The notes beneath the pieces were generated by a model. That model did no database searches. It worked only from the letters and a program-made list of their open reading frames with translations, and was not told where the DNA came from. DNA of 64,000 nt, from IMG/VR virus record IMGVR_UViG_3300045988_118370, positions 81,863-145,862 of that record. One strand, 5' to 3'. The position numbers and the translations under genes are program-made. Shown here piece by piece: positions 17,913 to 27,463 of this stretch (position 1 is its first letter; each line of letters opens with the position of its first letter). The stretch is from a virus.

Positions 17913-18066
17913 TTAGTCTCCTCTCCACTTCTCGTCGGATATATTCCATATCGCTGTCTGTTAGAGTGAGCTCAGTCTGGAAAGTCGTTGCACCAGCACT
18001 AATTTCCTTGATAATTCTTTCAAGTTCCTCAGTGTGATTCGCATAACACATAAACAAATTATCCAT
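17905..18066 (-). CDS. small hypothetical protein (about 53 aa), translationally coupled
   Basis: ATG overlaps the TAA of the upstream gene (TAATG). TGA overlaps the start of the downstream gene. Not in the track because it is under 60 aa. Confidence 0.35.
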   Translation of the reverse strand: MDNLFMCYANHTEELERIIKEISAGATTFQTELTLTDSDMEYIRREVERRLNG

Positions 18067-18341
18067 TACTCCATCCACTCCAATGTATCTTTATCGTCCC
18101 AGAAGAAATCAAACTCAGTATGAGCTTTGCCATCCTTATCTTTATTAATAAGAATATCCATCATATGAGCATGAATACCATCTTCGGGATAATCCATTTC
18201 CCAAATTTCACGAATCTTATAACGAGACTTGTGAGGAATAGCTAAATGGGTAATGAATTCCTCGGGAGTCCAAGTTTCAGTAGCCGTGCAAAACACCAAG
18301 CCATAGCGCTCACTATGAATCGCGATTACTTTTTCAATCAT
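18066..18341 (-). CDS. hypothetical protein (91 aa)
   Basis: ORF with TAA stop. Coupled to neighbours on both sides. Confidence 0.5.
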   Translation of the reverse strand: MIEKVIAIHSERYGLVFCTATETWTPEEFITHLAIPHKSRYKIREIWEMDYPEDGIHAHMMDILINKDKDGKAHTEFDFFWDDKDTLEWME

Positions 18342-18576
18342 TGTTATCCTCTCCTAATATATCGCAAATTGCCTGATGACTAAACGTAATCTTCGCTCCA
18401 AGGTAAGGAACTGTTTTATCATCAGCGATAATAATTTCCACAAAAGCAATATCGTATTTATAGAAATACACAATACGCTTAATTGCTTCCAAATAATCAG
18501 AGGCTACCATTACACCCTGAAAATCTTCTTTTTCTGGGTCTACTGCATGAACATGAGCTATGTAGTGATACTCCAT
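18334..18576 (-). CDS. hypothetical protein (80 aa)
   Basis: ORF preceded by a type-1 promoter-leader. TGA stop. Confidence 0.5.
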   Translation of the reverse strand: MEYHYIAHVHAVDPEKEDFQGVMVASDYLEAIKRIVYFYKYDIAFVEIIIADDKTVPYLGAKITFSHQAICDILGEDNND

Positions 18577-18645
18577 AATAAATAACCTCTTTTCTTATTT
18601 TCTATATATATTATATATTATTTTTTTAAAAATGTCAAAAAGATC

Positions 18646-18930
18646 TTACCAACTACGACATACGAGAATACTTACATAGTCAGTATCACAAAAGACCTTA
18701 CGAAGCTCGGCATAAACACGATTCGCGTTAGCAAAAATTTCGCGCTCATCTTCATCAACAAGAGATAAATCTTCATCATTGTTAATGAAATAAACTTCGG
18801 TATAACTCCAATCACCAAGGATAATGTCTAAAACATCATCAATGTCATTCTCTGACCATTCAGGGAAAGTATCATGAAGCCAAATCCTAAATTGACTTCC
18901 ATATACAATAGGTTTCAAAGTATAATCCAT
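18646..18930 (-). CDS. hypothetical protein (94 aa), tandem paralog
   Basis: About 55 percent identical to 18963..19247 (..F..WLHDTFP.W.E.DI.DV... RVYAELRK.FC.TDY). Own type-1 promoter. Confidence 0.6.
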   Translation of the reverse strand: MDYTLKPIVYGSQFRIWLHDTFPEWSENDIDDVLDIILGDWSYTEVYFINNDEDLSLVDEDEREIFANANRVYAELRKVFCDTDYVSILVCRSW

Positions 18931-18962
18931 AAAAAAAGTCCTCTCTTAACTTTCTACATTTT

Positions 18963-19247
18963 TTACCAATCGCAACATACAAGCAGGATCTTGTAATCGG
19001 TATAGCAAAAGAATTTGCGGAGTTCCGCATAGACGCGATTTACATTGGCAAAGACTTCAAATTCATCTTCATCGCAGATAGATAGATCTTCGTCATTGCC
19101 AATAAAACGAATTTCTACATAATTACCATAATCAAGAAGGAATTCCACCACATCATTTATATCATCCTCAGTCCAATCGGGGAAAGTGTCATGAAGCCAT
19201 TCAATGAACTGATCATGACGCACAACAGGCTTAGAAATATAAGTCAT
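18963..19247 (-). CDS. hypothetical protein (94 aa), tandem paralog
   Basis: See 18646..18930. Type-1 promoter at about 19255-19320. Confidence 0.6.
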   Translation of the reverse strand: MTYISKPVVRHDQFIEWLHDTFPDWTEDDINDVVEFLLDYGNYVEIRFIGNDEDLSICDEDEFEVFANVNRVYAELRKFFCYTDYKILLVCCDW

Positions 19248-19330
19248 ATAAAAAAAAAGTCCTTTCTTAACTTTCTATAAATATTATATAATAATATTTA
19301 TAAAAAATCAAAAAAGGACTTTTAATTTAT

Positions 19331-20002
19331 TTAATTATTGAATAAATCAGTATCAATAATGGCGAAATTCGCACGATGAATATATACTGCCTTACCATCA
19401 ATCGTTAACTGAGTAGTCTTAGGAAGATTCTTCGGAATATTCCAAGAAATATTATCACCAGTAAACATACAAATGGGGTCGCCCATCTGAGACTGAATTA
19501 CTACAATCTTACTGCCGGTATCCGCATTGTTCAAATCCTTAGACTTCCAATACCACCAAGAAAGATCCCAATACTCATCCCAACTGCGGTCGGTAGGCGC
19601 GGAAATGCTGGCTCCATTGCCACTATTAGTCGAGGCTTCCGCGGGAATATCTACATCATACTGAGTGAGACGGCTATCCGCAAAAACAATAGTAGAACCG
19701 CAACTCTCAATACTTTTGCCATCAATGTCAATGCTTACAACTGACGAAAGAGAATACGAACCAACCCAACTACCATCAGTAGTATAAGCCCATTCCTTTA
19801 CCTTGTTAGGCTTAATGTCGAAGGTCTCGCCTTCACACCGAAGCCACTGGGCGCCGTGGTTATCATAGAAGGTAGCAAGGAAAGAAAGCTTAACATCGCC
19901 ATCTTCTGGCTCGGCAGTGATTGTAGTTGTTTCTGGACTATCGCACGCGGTCAACGAAAGGCAAAGGATAATTGCAATAATACCACAAATAAATCTCTTC
20001 AT
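19331..20002 (-). CDS. putative lipoprotein
   Basis: N-terminus MKRFICGIIAIILCLSLTAC is a signal peptide with a lipobox-like LTAC. 223 aa. Confidence 0.6.
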   Translation of the reverse strand: MKRFICGIIAIILCLSLTACDSPETTTITAEPEDGDVKLSFLATFYDNHGAQWLRCEGETFDIKPNKVKEWAYTTDGSWVGSYSLSSVVSIDIDGKSIESCGSTIVFADSRLTQYDVDIPAEASTNSGNGASISAPTDRSWDEYWDLSWWYWKSKDLNNADTGSKIVVIQSQMGDPICMFTGDNISWNIPKNLPKTTQLTIDGKAVYIHRANFAIIDTDLFNN

Positions 20003-20005
20003 AAT

Positions 20006-20179
20006 TTAATGCTCCTTTGGATTATTTTCCATATAATTTTTGATACGTTCACCATTAAACCGAGAAGGACATTTAAGACAAATATAACTATTATAATAGT
20101 CGCACCAGTGCTTTTCTGTCCCATCAGGATTCAGAGTAGGATTCAGCGTATCATACGCACAATACATCTTATCAGTCAT
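20006..20179 (-). CDS. small Cys-rich protein (about 57 aa), coupled
   Basis: ATG overlaps the TAA of the upstream gene (TAATG). MTDKMYCAYD...HWCDYYNSYICLKCP looks zinc-ribbon-like. It contains the RBS of the lipoprotein gene. Confidence 0.4.
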   Translation of the reverse strand: MTDKMYCAYDTLNPTLNPDGTEKHWCDYYNSYICLKCPSRFNGERIKNYMENNPKEH

Positions 20180-20898
20180 TATTTTACCTCACTACATCTT
20201 GTTAATGTGTTAATCTTTACATTCTTACGAACATCTTGCGACTTCACAGTTCCACGAATGTGATAAGTATTTCCAATAGTCCAATCACTCTTGGAAGAAG
20301 TGATCCACATAAACTGATTACCATCAACATCGCTCATAGAATAAGCAATGGTATGACCATATTTACTTTCAAGGGCGTGCTTGTCATCAATTTTCACAGT
20401 AATCTCAATGCGGTCGCCGATGTTGCCGATCCACTGAGCCAAACTCTCATCATACACAAGGGCATCAACCGCGTGCTTTACCACTTCTTCACGATAAAGC
20501 TCGCCGTCCGCTCCGCCGACCTTATCCCAATCAAGACGAATCGGTTCAACATCTGCGGGAAGCGCAGGAATCTCATCACAAGAGCGGAAATACCAACCCC
20601 ACAACCGCGTATAGCGCGCAGAGCTCATCTTAAACCAATCGTTCTCTTCATCACAATTACCTTTGAAAATCGTGATGTAGCCCGCATCGCCAAACCCAAG
20701 AACCTGACGATGCGGAGCCATCTTGGTTGCTACCTCTTGGGATTTTTCGGGGTAAAGTTTAGCATACTCCGCGTCTTCATACCAACGCACCTGACGAATA
20801 GTCCCGGTTTTCGGGTTCTTCACCTGGATATATTTCTTTCCCGCAGATACATACACGTCGCCAATGAATTCAAATTTTTGAAAACTCGGAGCTACCAT
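20179..20898 (-). CDS. hypothetical protein (239 aa)
   Basis: ORF with TAA stop. Confidence 0.6.
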   Translation of the reverse strand: MVAPSFQKFEFIGDVYVSAGKKYIQVKNPKTGTIRQVRWYEDAEYAKLYPEKSQEVATKMAPHRQVLGFGDAGYITIFKGNCDEENDWFKMSSARYTRLWGWYFRSCDEIPALPADVEPIRLDWDKVGGADGELYREEVVKHAVDALVYDESLAQWIGNIGDRIEITVKIDDKHALESKYGHTIAYSMSDVDGNQFMWITSSKSDWTIGNTYHIRGTVKSQDVRKNVKINTLTRCSEVK

Positions 20899-20901
20899 GC
20901 T

Positions 20902-21189
20902 TTACACCTCCCACATACTAACTATGCTAAAATGTTTTTCATCCTCTAAAATATAAGCTTCAAGCGTTTCATATTTCTTAGAGTTATTATACTTATTATA
21001 TAGCTCAAAAGAGCATTTCATACTATCAAAATAATCTTCAATGGATAAATCGTGATAAACACAAGACCAAAGAAAATCATCATAAGTTCTTTCTTCATAA
21101 AAAGAAAGAAGCATTTCATATGCATCTGAAAGATCACCGCAAGCTAAAACGGGGCGAAATTCATCACATACTAAGTGAACTCTTTTCAT
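20902..21189 (-). CDS. hypothetical protein (95 aa)
   Basis: ORF coupled to its neighbours. Confidence 0.5.
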   Translation of the reverse strand: MKRVHLVCDEFRPVLACGDLSDAYEMLLSFYEERTYDDFLWSCVYHDLSIEDYFDSMKCSFELYNKYNNSKKYETLEAYILEDEKHFSIVSMWEV

Positions 21190-21500
21190 AGGATTGTCTG
21201 CTCCTCAATATAATATTCATGGCTCTTAAACTGAATTGCGAAACCTTCGGTTGTGATATAGGGAGACTTCATGGCTTGAAGCTTGCTATACCAATCTTTC
21301 AAACTGGCGACCTCAGCCCACCACTTTTCCGGTTCAATGGTAAGATAAGAGCTTGTGAACCGCACGGTATCACTAAGGAATCGCTCATACATTGCTTCCT
21401 CTTGGAGAGAAAGAACTGTCTCCTGAGCGTCATCAATAGTTTCTGTAAGAAGAACAATCTCCTCAGTCTCATTGTCTCTAATAGCGTAAATCGTTTTCAT
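21186..21500 (-). CDS. hypothetical protein (104 aa)
   Basis: ORF with a 4-nt overlap with the next gene. Confidence 0.5.
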   Translation of the reverse strand: MKTIYAIRDNETEEIVLLTETIDDAQETVLSLQEEAMYERFLSDTVRFTSSYLTIEPEKWWAEVASLKDWYSKLQAMKSPYITTEGFAIQFKSHEYYIEEQTIL

Positions 21501-21502
21501 AA

Positions 21503-21754
21503 TTAAAACTCCTTATACTTTTCATATTCTTCTTCCGAGACTTCCCAAACATTGTATCCACATTCGGCAAGATAAGCGTCATACTCATCATAGAAGTCTT
21601 CTTCGCTTTGCTGATCCCACCACTCCATAGCGTCATCTTCAACACAAGATTCCGCATATTGTTCCATTTCTTTTTCCGTGCCTTTAAAGAAATGATCTAT
21701 TGTTTCGCCACAATAGCAGGTATATGTTTGAATGTGATAAAATTTAACTTCCAT
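21503..21754 (-). CDS. hypothetical acidic protein (83 aa)
   Basis: ORF. Confidence 0.5.
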   Translation of the reverse strand: MEVKFYHIQTYTCYCGETIDHFFKGTEKEMEQYAESCVEDDAMEWWDQQSEEDFYDEYDAYLAECGYNVWEVSEEEYEKYKEF

Positions 21755-21755
21755 A

Positions 21756-22034
21756 TTAATCCTCCATCAAATAGTCAAATCCATAACCGCATAAACGACC
21801 TTCTTCAACCCAAGAGATGAAGCAAGCGCCACCTTTTTCATTAGGCCATTCAGAGCAAGAAAGATTCCATTGCTGAGACGCGGGCTTACTCTGGAAGTAT
21901 TCAATAATTTTATCAACCGCGATCTCGTCGCAAGTCATTACATCATAACCACCATGACCATACTCAACGCAAATATTCTCAATATCTTCTTCAATTTTAG
22001 AATAAGGAATATTAACAGTGCCAAGCATAAGCAT
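21756..22034 (-). CDS. hypothetical protein (92 aa)
   Basis: ORF preceded by a type-1-variant promoter. Confidence 0.5.
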   Translation of the reverse strand: MLMLGTVNIPYSKIEEDIENICVEYGHGGYDVMTCDEIAVDKIIEYFQSKPASQQWNLSCSEWPNEKGGACFISWVEEGRLCGYGFDYLMED

Positions 22035-22099
22035 CTCTCCTTTTTTTATCTTCTCTTTAACTTTCTATAAATATTATAATATATTTTTTTATAAAAATA

Positions 22100-22135
22100 A
22101 AGAAAGACCTTATGGTTTACATAAGGTCTTTCTTA
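22100..22135. terminator. hairpin AAAGACCTTATG-gtttac-CATAAGGTCTTT
   Basis: Perfect stem followed by a T run. Confidence 0.55.
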
Positions 22136-22296
22136 TCATCATCTTTATCAGAAACTTTCCAGAAACAACGGATCGCTAAGACAGCCCAAGTAAGGAGTGC
22201 AGGAATGGCGATCTCTAACCCTATGCCCTCCATAATATTGATACAGGCCCCACCGCATAAGATGCAAAAACAAATTCCGCCTACTTTATTTATCAT
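22117..22296 (-). CDS. small membrane protein (about 59 aa)
   Basis: Internal ATG (MINKVGGICFCILCGG...) has RBS GGAGGAG 8 nt upstream. The track ORF start at 22404 has none. Hydrophobic. Confidence 0.4.
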   Translation of the reverse strand: MINKVGGICFCILCGGACINIMEGIGLEIAIPALLTWAVLAIRCFWKVSDKDDDKKDLM

Positions 22297-22471
22297 CGGG
22301 ATGCTCCTCCATGTCTTCATTTTCGGCGATAAAGTCATACCAATAGCTAAAAGCAATGGCGCCGGACAGAAGCACTGGAACAATCCAATGAATAGGATGC
22401 CCATGGATTCCCTCTAAACAAAGGAACGTTGTAAGGAAAGTATAACACCCAGCGATAAGAAATTTCGTCAT
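22286..22471 (-). CDS. small membrane protein (61 aa)
   Basis: ORF MTKFLIAGCYTFLTTFLCLEG..., hydrophobic. Confidence 0.45.
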   Translation of the reverse strand: MTKFLIAGCYTFLTTFLCLEGIHGHPIHWIVPVLLSGAIAFSYWYDFIAENEDMEEHPDDK

Positions 22472-22474
22472 AAA

Positions 22475-22639
22475 TTAACCCCTCCGACAATCGCTAGCGT
22501 CAAGAAAACCAGAAGCAGAAATTATTCCGGCAAAAGCTACGGTAATAGGCCAAGGAATAGTGCCTCCTGACGCCCCAACAAAGGTAAAAAAGATAGCCAA
22601 AAGCCCATAGGCAATGCCAATTACAAAACCAGCTTTCAC
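22475..22639 (-). CDS. small membrane protein (54 aa), GTG start
   Basis: RBS GGAGGA 7 nt before GTG. VKAGFVIGIAYGLLAIFFTFVG.... TAA overlaps the start of the next gene. Confidence 0.35.
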   Translation of the reverse strand: MKAGFVIGIAYGLLAIFFTFVGASGGTIPWPITVAFAGIISASGFLDASDCRRG

Positions 22640-22938
22640 AGTTCAAATCCTCCATACATCATAGCCTGAGAAGAGAAACGAAGCAAGCCCGCGATCATTT
22701 CGCGGTTCTTAATATCTTTTTTGAGAGTCTCAGGGCAACAACCCGTGGTTTCCTCAATATAAGAGACGAGTTCCGCATTGCGCTCACAAGCTTCCGCGAG
22801 TTCTTTCTTCGCGGTTTCCAGCTCCTTTTGGGCTTCCGCAAGCTCTCTACAAAGTTGAAGATTACGTGCTTGAAGCTTAACCTTCTCGCGTTCAAAAGCG
22901 AGATCTTTCGCGCTCTTCTTATACTTACTCGTTGCCAT
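22636..22938 (-). CDS. hypothetical coiled-coil protein (100 aa)
   Basis: ORF rich in E/K/A heptads. Confidence 0.55.
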   Translation of the reverse strand: MATSKYKKSAKDLAFEREKVKLQARNLQLCRELAEAQKELETAKKELAEACERNAELVSYIEETTGCCPETLKKDIKNREMIAGLLRFSSQAMMYGGFEL

Positions 22939-23524
22939 TAAGATTCATCTCCTTATTATAAAGCTCCTCGTAAATCTGACAGGTCTCAAGGTAAACATAT
23001 ACGCCATACTGCTTATTATATTCCGTAGCAAAATGCTCCTCAAAGGTTTCGATCTGAGCATCAATCTCAGTGTTAGAATAACCCTTAACCTTGATATACA
23101 CAGGATCACCAACATGTTCCTTAGTGATAGAATTGTAATAATCAATGCGATAATACTCTTCGCGCATTTCATTATCCTCTTCATCTTCAAGGCCATTGGC
23201 TCGATCCCAAAGAGTATTAAGCATCTGCCCATAAGGGAAGAATCCAAACTCAGGGAACTTCTTACCGAAGACCATTTCAATGCCTTCGGGATACTCTTCG
23301 AACTCAGACGTCTCAAAGGCACTAAGGAACTCATCGACGTTATTATATTCAATTTCCTCATTAGAGCCAACTTGGTAGATAAACGGCTGACCGCACTCCA
23401 TGTCCGTAATAATCGCGTTCAGAGCTACAACATAACGCTCATATTCCTTTTCGTCCATAATGGAGAAACCTTCAATGGTCATTTCATCAGCCCAGCTATC
23501 AGTATAACGAACACAATAAAACAT
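22925..23524 (-). CDS. hypothetical acidic protein (199 aa)
   Basis: ORF. Confidence 0.55.
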   Translation of the reverse strand: MFYCVRYTDSWADEMTIEGFSIMDEKEYERYVVALNAIITDMECGQPFIYQVGSNEEIEYNNVDEFLSAFETSEFEEYPEGIEMVFGKKFPEFGFFPYGQMLNTLWDRANGLEDEEDNEMREEYYRIDYYNSITKEHVGDPVYIKVKGYSNTEIDAQIETFEEHFATEYNKQYGVYVYLETCQIYEELYNKEMNLNGNE

Positions 23525-23545
23525 ATTGATTACTCCTTTACACTC

Positions 23546-23854
23546 TTAATAAACATCAATGCCTTCAACCGCATCTTCGCAATTCCAAAGAATTTCGAAA
23601 GCCTTCACAGTCTCTTCGGTATGAAATAACTCAGTAGAAGAATCCATTGCTTCAAAAGCTTCTACGACATTGCTTTCTTCGAGGTCTTCATAATGGATAG
23701 TTTTAATGATATAAGTTTCATTATGACAAATTGCAATCTTATTAACAAAAAGCCAGAAACTATACTTATGAATATCGCCTTCACAGATGACATACTTATC
23801 GTGATAGCCATCATCAAAAACGATTGCATTAATAAACTTCTCCATAATTATCAT
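23546..23854 (-). CDS. hypothetical protein (102 aa)
   Basis: ORF starting MIIMEKF with a GGAATGATAATT leader. Confidence 0.5.
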   Translation of the reverse strand: MIIMEKFINAIVFDDGYHDKYVICEGDIHKYSFWLFVNKIAICHNETYIIKTIHYEDLEESNVVEAFEAMDSSTELFHTEETVKAFEILWNCEDAVEGIDVY

Positions 23855-23881
23855 TCCCTTTCTTTTACTAATATTTATTGA

Positions 23882-24064
23882 TTACTCTTTTACCGACCTA
23901 ATAAAACTTTCAAGAATTGAAATGTTTAAAGTAAGTTCATCAAGCTCATCGCTATCAATGATACCCTGCCAGTCAAGCATATCAACATAAGTGTCAATTA
24001 CTTCAAGAGCCTTAACTGCGTCTTCCTTAGTAAAGGGCTTTTCTACCAACTTCATAATTATCAT
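23882..24064 (-). CDS. hypothetical protein (60 aa)
   Basis: ORF starting MIIMKLVEK with the same leader as 23546..23854. Confidence 0.45.
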   Translation of the reverse strand: MIIMKLVEKPFTKEDAVKALEVIDTYVDMLDWQGIIDSDELDELTLNISILESFIRSVKE

Positions 24065-24300
24065 TCCCTTTCTTAACTTTCTATAAATATTATATTATAT
24101 TTTTTATAAAAAATCAATAAAACTCTTTTTTGGAGGTATCATACAATCAAGGATTCAGCGTATATAATATAGCCTATTCAAGTTTGTTAGCAGAACTATC
24201 ATACCCACTTATAATCTAACCTTATTGAATAGCACCCCTGAGCGGTATGGACTGAAACTTTATCCTATTGGGGAAGAGAATGCCCTTCCAGAGTTTTATA

Positions 24301-24618
24301 TTAAGTATTGTGGATATCTACACAACAATACTCATCAATAAAGAGACTTCTACCGAGGTTCGCAAATTCGCAGTCAAGCTCACTAACGGAAAGCCCAGTG
24401 TTATCGCGGACGGGCCAAACTTCCCATTCAATGCCTTCCTCTACCTCTTCTAAGTCGTAATCCTCAAAGGCATGACTATAACCGTCGATTACGTCATAAG
24501 CCATTCCTTTGCCAATATCATCAGCTTCTGCGACACTATCAACCTCAAAGACACCACCAGTATTAATACCGTGGAGTCCGCAATAGACGCTTTCATAAGC
24601 ATAAATCATTACAACCAT
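24301..24618 (-). CDS. hypothetical protein (105 aa)
   Basis: ORF. Confidence 0.5.
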   Translation of the reverse strand: MVVMIYAYESVYCGLHGINTGGVFEVDSVAEADDIGKGMAYDVIDGYSHAFEDYDLEEVEEGIEWEVWPVRDNTGLSVSELDCEFANLGRSLFIDEYCCVDIHNT

Positions 24619-24875
24619 TAGATAGTCTCCTTATCAACTTCCATAATCTTTATATAGTAGTCGCCGTAGCCGTGAACGAAAAACCCATCAAACGAAGGCT
24701 TTTTACAATATGAGATAGACTTATTTTTTTCCCAACGTTCTTGCGCTTCCTTTTCTTTCTTTCGTCCTGCTTCAAAAGCCTTTTCCTCAGTAGAATAAAG
24801 GGCAAGCACCGCGGTATCATCACCGCCAAAACTATCATAATGATAACAAAGAGCATAAACAGTCATTAATGACAC
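24618..24875 (-). CDS. hypothetical protein (85 aa)
   Basis: ORF, coupled. Confidence 0.5.
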   Translation of the reverse strand: MSLMTVYALCYHYDSFGGDDTAVLALYSTEEKAFEAGRKKEKEAQERWEKNKSISYCKKPSFDGFFVHGYGDYYIKIMEVDKETI

Positions 24876-25150
24876 ACCTCCGTATAATAAGTTCCAAGAG
24901 AGCCATCTGCGTTAATCCAAGAGACAATCAGCACGTAAACCATTTCGATGCCGATTGTATCAAAAACGCAGGGGATTTCAATGTTATACTCGCGGATTCG
25001 ACCCTCACCCTTAGCCTTAGAGAAAAGAATCTCAACCGCGTTGGCGATATGAATGCCATCCTTAGAAACGAGCATTGCGTATTCATCATCTTCTGGATCA
25101 GTATACTTTCTACCAATTAGATCCCAAAGCTCTACATACATAATTTTCAA
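24866..25150 (-). CDS. hypothetical protein (94 aa)
   Basis: ORF. Confidence 0.5.
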   Translation of the reverse strand: MKIMYVELWDLIGRKYTDPEDDEYAMLVSKDGIHIANAVEILFSKAKGEGRIREYNIEIPCVFDTIGIEMVYVLIVSWINADGSLGTYYTEVCH

Positions 25151-25238
25151 TTCCTTTCTTAACTTTATATATATATTATATTATATTTTTTTATAAAAAT
25201 AAAATAAGGACTTATGAATTAACATAAGTCCTTATTGT

Positions 25239-25844
25239 TTAATACGCATTATCTGCTTCGCCGAGATAATACATAACTTCACCAACATCAGTAATTTTAC
25301 CTTCAACAGTGATATAAGTTCCAATAGTAGTATTTTTAATAAACTCATATACATCAGAAGTTTTCTTCATCTTCCACTGAATTGTATTGGTAATAACAAA
25401 ACTATCATCATCTTCGGCAATGGTAAAATATTTACCATCACTATCCACATTCCGCACATAGCCTGAAACGCGGATATATTGACCCTCATAATCTTCTGCT
25501 TGCATAGGGTAATTATCCACAAGAGCGATCATATCACTAATATTTTCATTAGAATATTTATCTTCTTCACTCTTAGGCGCGGTTTCCTGTTCATCGATCT
25601 CTTCGATGGGATCATCCGAACTCTGAGACGAGGCTTCCGCGTTCTCTACAATTGGAGTGCGATATACAGTAGGTTCGGGATCGGGATTCCTAATGACATA
25701 ATCAATCCCCGCAAAGATGATAAGCACAAGGAGAATATGGAACCATGTCTTATCATAGAAAGGAACTTTTACATTGCCTCCACAAAACGGACAAATCTTT
25801 GACTTATCAGAAATGGGCTGACCGCAATGTTTACAAATAATCAT
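25239..25844 (-). CDS. membrane protein with N-terminal zinc-ribbon
   Basis: CKHCGQ...CPFCGG followed by one TM segment and a C-terminal beta-rich domain. Confidence 0.55.
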   Translation of the reverse strand: MIICKHCGQPISDKSKICPFCGGNVKVPFYDKTWFHILLVLIIFAGIDYVIRNPDPEPTVYRTPIVENAEASSQSSDDPIEEIDEQETAPKSEEDKYSNENISDMIALVDNYPMQAEDYEGQYIRVSGYVRNVDSDGKYFTIAEDDDSFVITNTIQWKMKKTSDVYEFIKNTTIGTYITVEGKITDVGEVMYYLGEADNAY

Positions 25845-25855
25845 TTTTATTCTCC

Positions 25856-26260
25856 TTACTTTAACTCAATAGGTTCAAGTCGATCAACATATTCTCCGGC
25901 GTAGATCTTCAACCAAGGGTTCGCGCGATTAGATTTTGCGCCCGCAAGGTCTTCATTATATTCCTGAATTTCTTTATAAAGTTCAGTTGCGCCAAGGTTG
26001 TTATCATTATCGGTATAATCCTGTTCGAGTCGCCATTCAAGAGCTTCTCGACGAGTTGTATATTTCTCATAAAGAGCATCACTGTATACATTTTCATTGA
26101 TAATCACAATAGTAGAAAATACCATTACGATTCCAAAGATAACGGTGCCAGCGATGCCGACAATCGAAGTAAGACAACCAAGAGCAGAATATTTATCAAA
26201 ACCCCAAATTGCGAGAGCAATAAAGCCCGCAAACGCAAGAATAAAAACTACATAAAGCAT
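25856..26260 (-). CDS. membrane protein (134 aa)
   Basis: Two predicted TM helices at the N-terminus. Confidence 0.5.
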   Translation of the reverse strand: MLYVVFILAFAGFIALAIWGFDKYSALGCLTSIVGIAGTVIFGIVMVFSTIVIINENVYSDALYEKYTTRREALEWRLEQDYTDNDNNLGATELYKEIQEYNEDLAGAKSNRANPWLKIYAGEYVDRLEPIELK

Positions 26261-26273
26261 AACTATTTTCTCC

Positions 26274-26480
26274 TTAATGAATAAAATATTGAATTACTCC
26301 ATATACTCCTGATATGATTGGGAGTGTAGAAATTATAAGTAATAAGCTTCCAGTAATGACACAAGTGTCAATTAAAAACGTATCTTCGGGAGCACTTGCG
26401 CCGTCAGCAAGCTTGAAGATACATAAGGCAAGCCTTGCTATAATTAATCCAAGAATAATTTCTACAATAAACTCTACCAT
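26274..26480 (-). CDS. small membrane protein (68 aa)
   Basis: Hydrophobic. RBS AAGGAGGAGGAGGA upstream. Confidence 0.45.
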   Translation of the reverse strand: MVEFIVEIILGLIIARLALCIFKLADGASAPEDTFLIDTCVITGSLLLIISTLPIISGVYGVIQYFIH

Positions 26481-26558
26481 ATATCCTCCTCCTCCTTAAT
26501 CTAAGTCATCGAACAAAACGGATAAAATGCCAAGAGCGCAAAAACAAAGAATGATTGC

Positions 26559-26729
26559 TTTAAGCATAAAAGACTGACTGAATGAAACCGGCAAACAGGC
26601 AAAGCAACATGCCCATACCGCAGTAATAATACTTCTCATTAAGAGACATAGTATTATCATCCAGCAAATCCATATACATAAAGCCGAAAAATACTAATAT
26701 AATAAATAGCATAATAATCATTTCTCCCA
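26559..26729 (-). CDS. small membrane protein (about 56 aa)
   Basis: RBS GGAGGTAAAAAGAT before the ATG. MGEMIIMLFIILVFFGF.... A further 23-aa hydrophobic micro-ORF may follow. Confidence 0.35.
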
Positions 26730-27452
26730 TATCTTTTTACCTCCTCGCTTCTGTTTTCTCTTGGTCGCGGTGTCGATTGTTTTTCTGTGGACGCTCCCGA
26801 TCTTTGCGGTTGGACCATTTTTCATGAACTGGTTTAGATTCAAAGGAGCGGGGCCAAACACATCTACACAAACATTCTTGTGATAGATGTCCGTCTCTTT
26901 ATGATTGTGGTCGTGGCCGTGAAGATCGAGAGCCCAGTCCTGCTTAATCGGTTCGTGAGAAAGCATAAGTTTCTCACCAATGATGAGCGCGCCATCATAT
27001 ACTTCGTCAAAAAGACCGTTGTCCGCGGTAATCTCCCAATATTCAAAGGAAGTGTGGAAATCAAATCCTGAATCAATAGAATACTTGCAATCAGGATAAA
27101 GACGCTTCATTTCCATAAGCGCTTCGTCCTTTTGGTAGTAATCCATAGAGAACTTCTTCTTGACGATTTTGCGCTTATAGTTTTCAGATCCCGCATCATG
27201 GTTGCCCTTGATAAGAACCTTATAACCGGCGCGCAGTTTCCGCACATAGGAGATCTTACCTACATCACCGAGGCAAATAAGCGTGTCTTTCCGACCGGCT
27301 TTGCTATTCAAAAGTTTTACGAGGTCATCATCAGAAATGCGGTCGGGATGGCCAATCCGCAGGTCTGAATCGCCAAAATGCCAATCAGAGGATACCCAGA
27401 CCGTCTGACCGCCCCAGCGCGTATTAAAGATTTCATAAAGTCCAGGAATCAT
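26718..27452 (-). CDS. calcineurin-like metallophosphoesterase (Ser/Thr phosphatase-like)
   Basis: Motifs SDWHFGD, LGDVG, KGNHD and HGHDH match the phosphoesterase signature. Confidence 0.8.
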   Translation of the reverse strand: MIPGLYEIFNTRWGGQTVWVSSDWHFGDSDLRIGHPDRISDDDLVKLLNSKAGRKDTLICLGDVGKISYVRKLRAGYKVLIKGNHDAGSENYKRKIVKKKFSMDYYQKDEALMEMKRLYPDCKYSIDSGFDFHTSFEYWEITADNGLFDEVYDGALIIGEKLMLSHEPIKQDWALDLHGHDHNHKETDIYHKNVCVDVFGPAPLNLNQFMKNGPTAKIGSVHRKTIDTATKRKQKRGGKKIWEK

Positions 27453-27463
27453 TTATATCCTCC

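Noticed and set aside
20236-20949. Long plus-strand ORFs inside the leftward arm (for example 20236..20949, 23033..23629, 14835..15386, 37096..37668, 37841..38341, 39576..40184, 34716..35273)
   Set aside because: Each is antisense to a minus-strand gene that has a promoter, RBS and recognisable motifs. None of these has its own RBS or promoter, and the region is otherwise strictly minus-strand coding.
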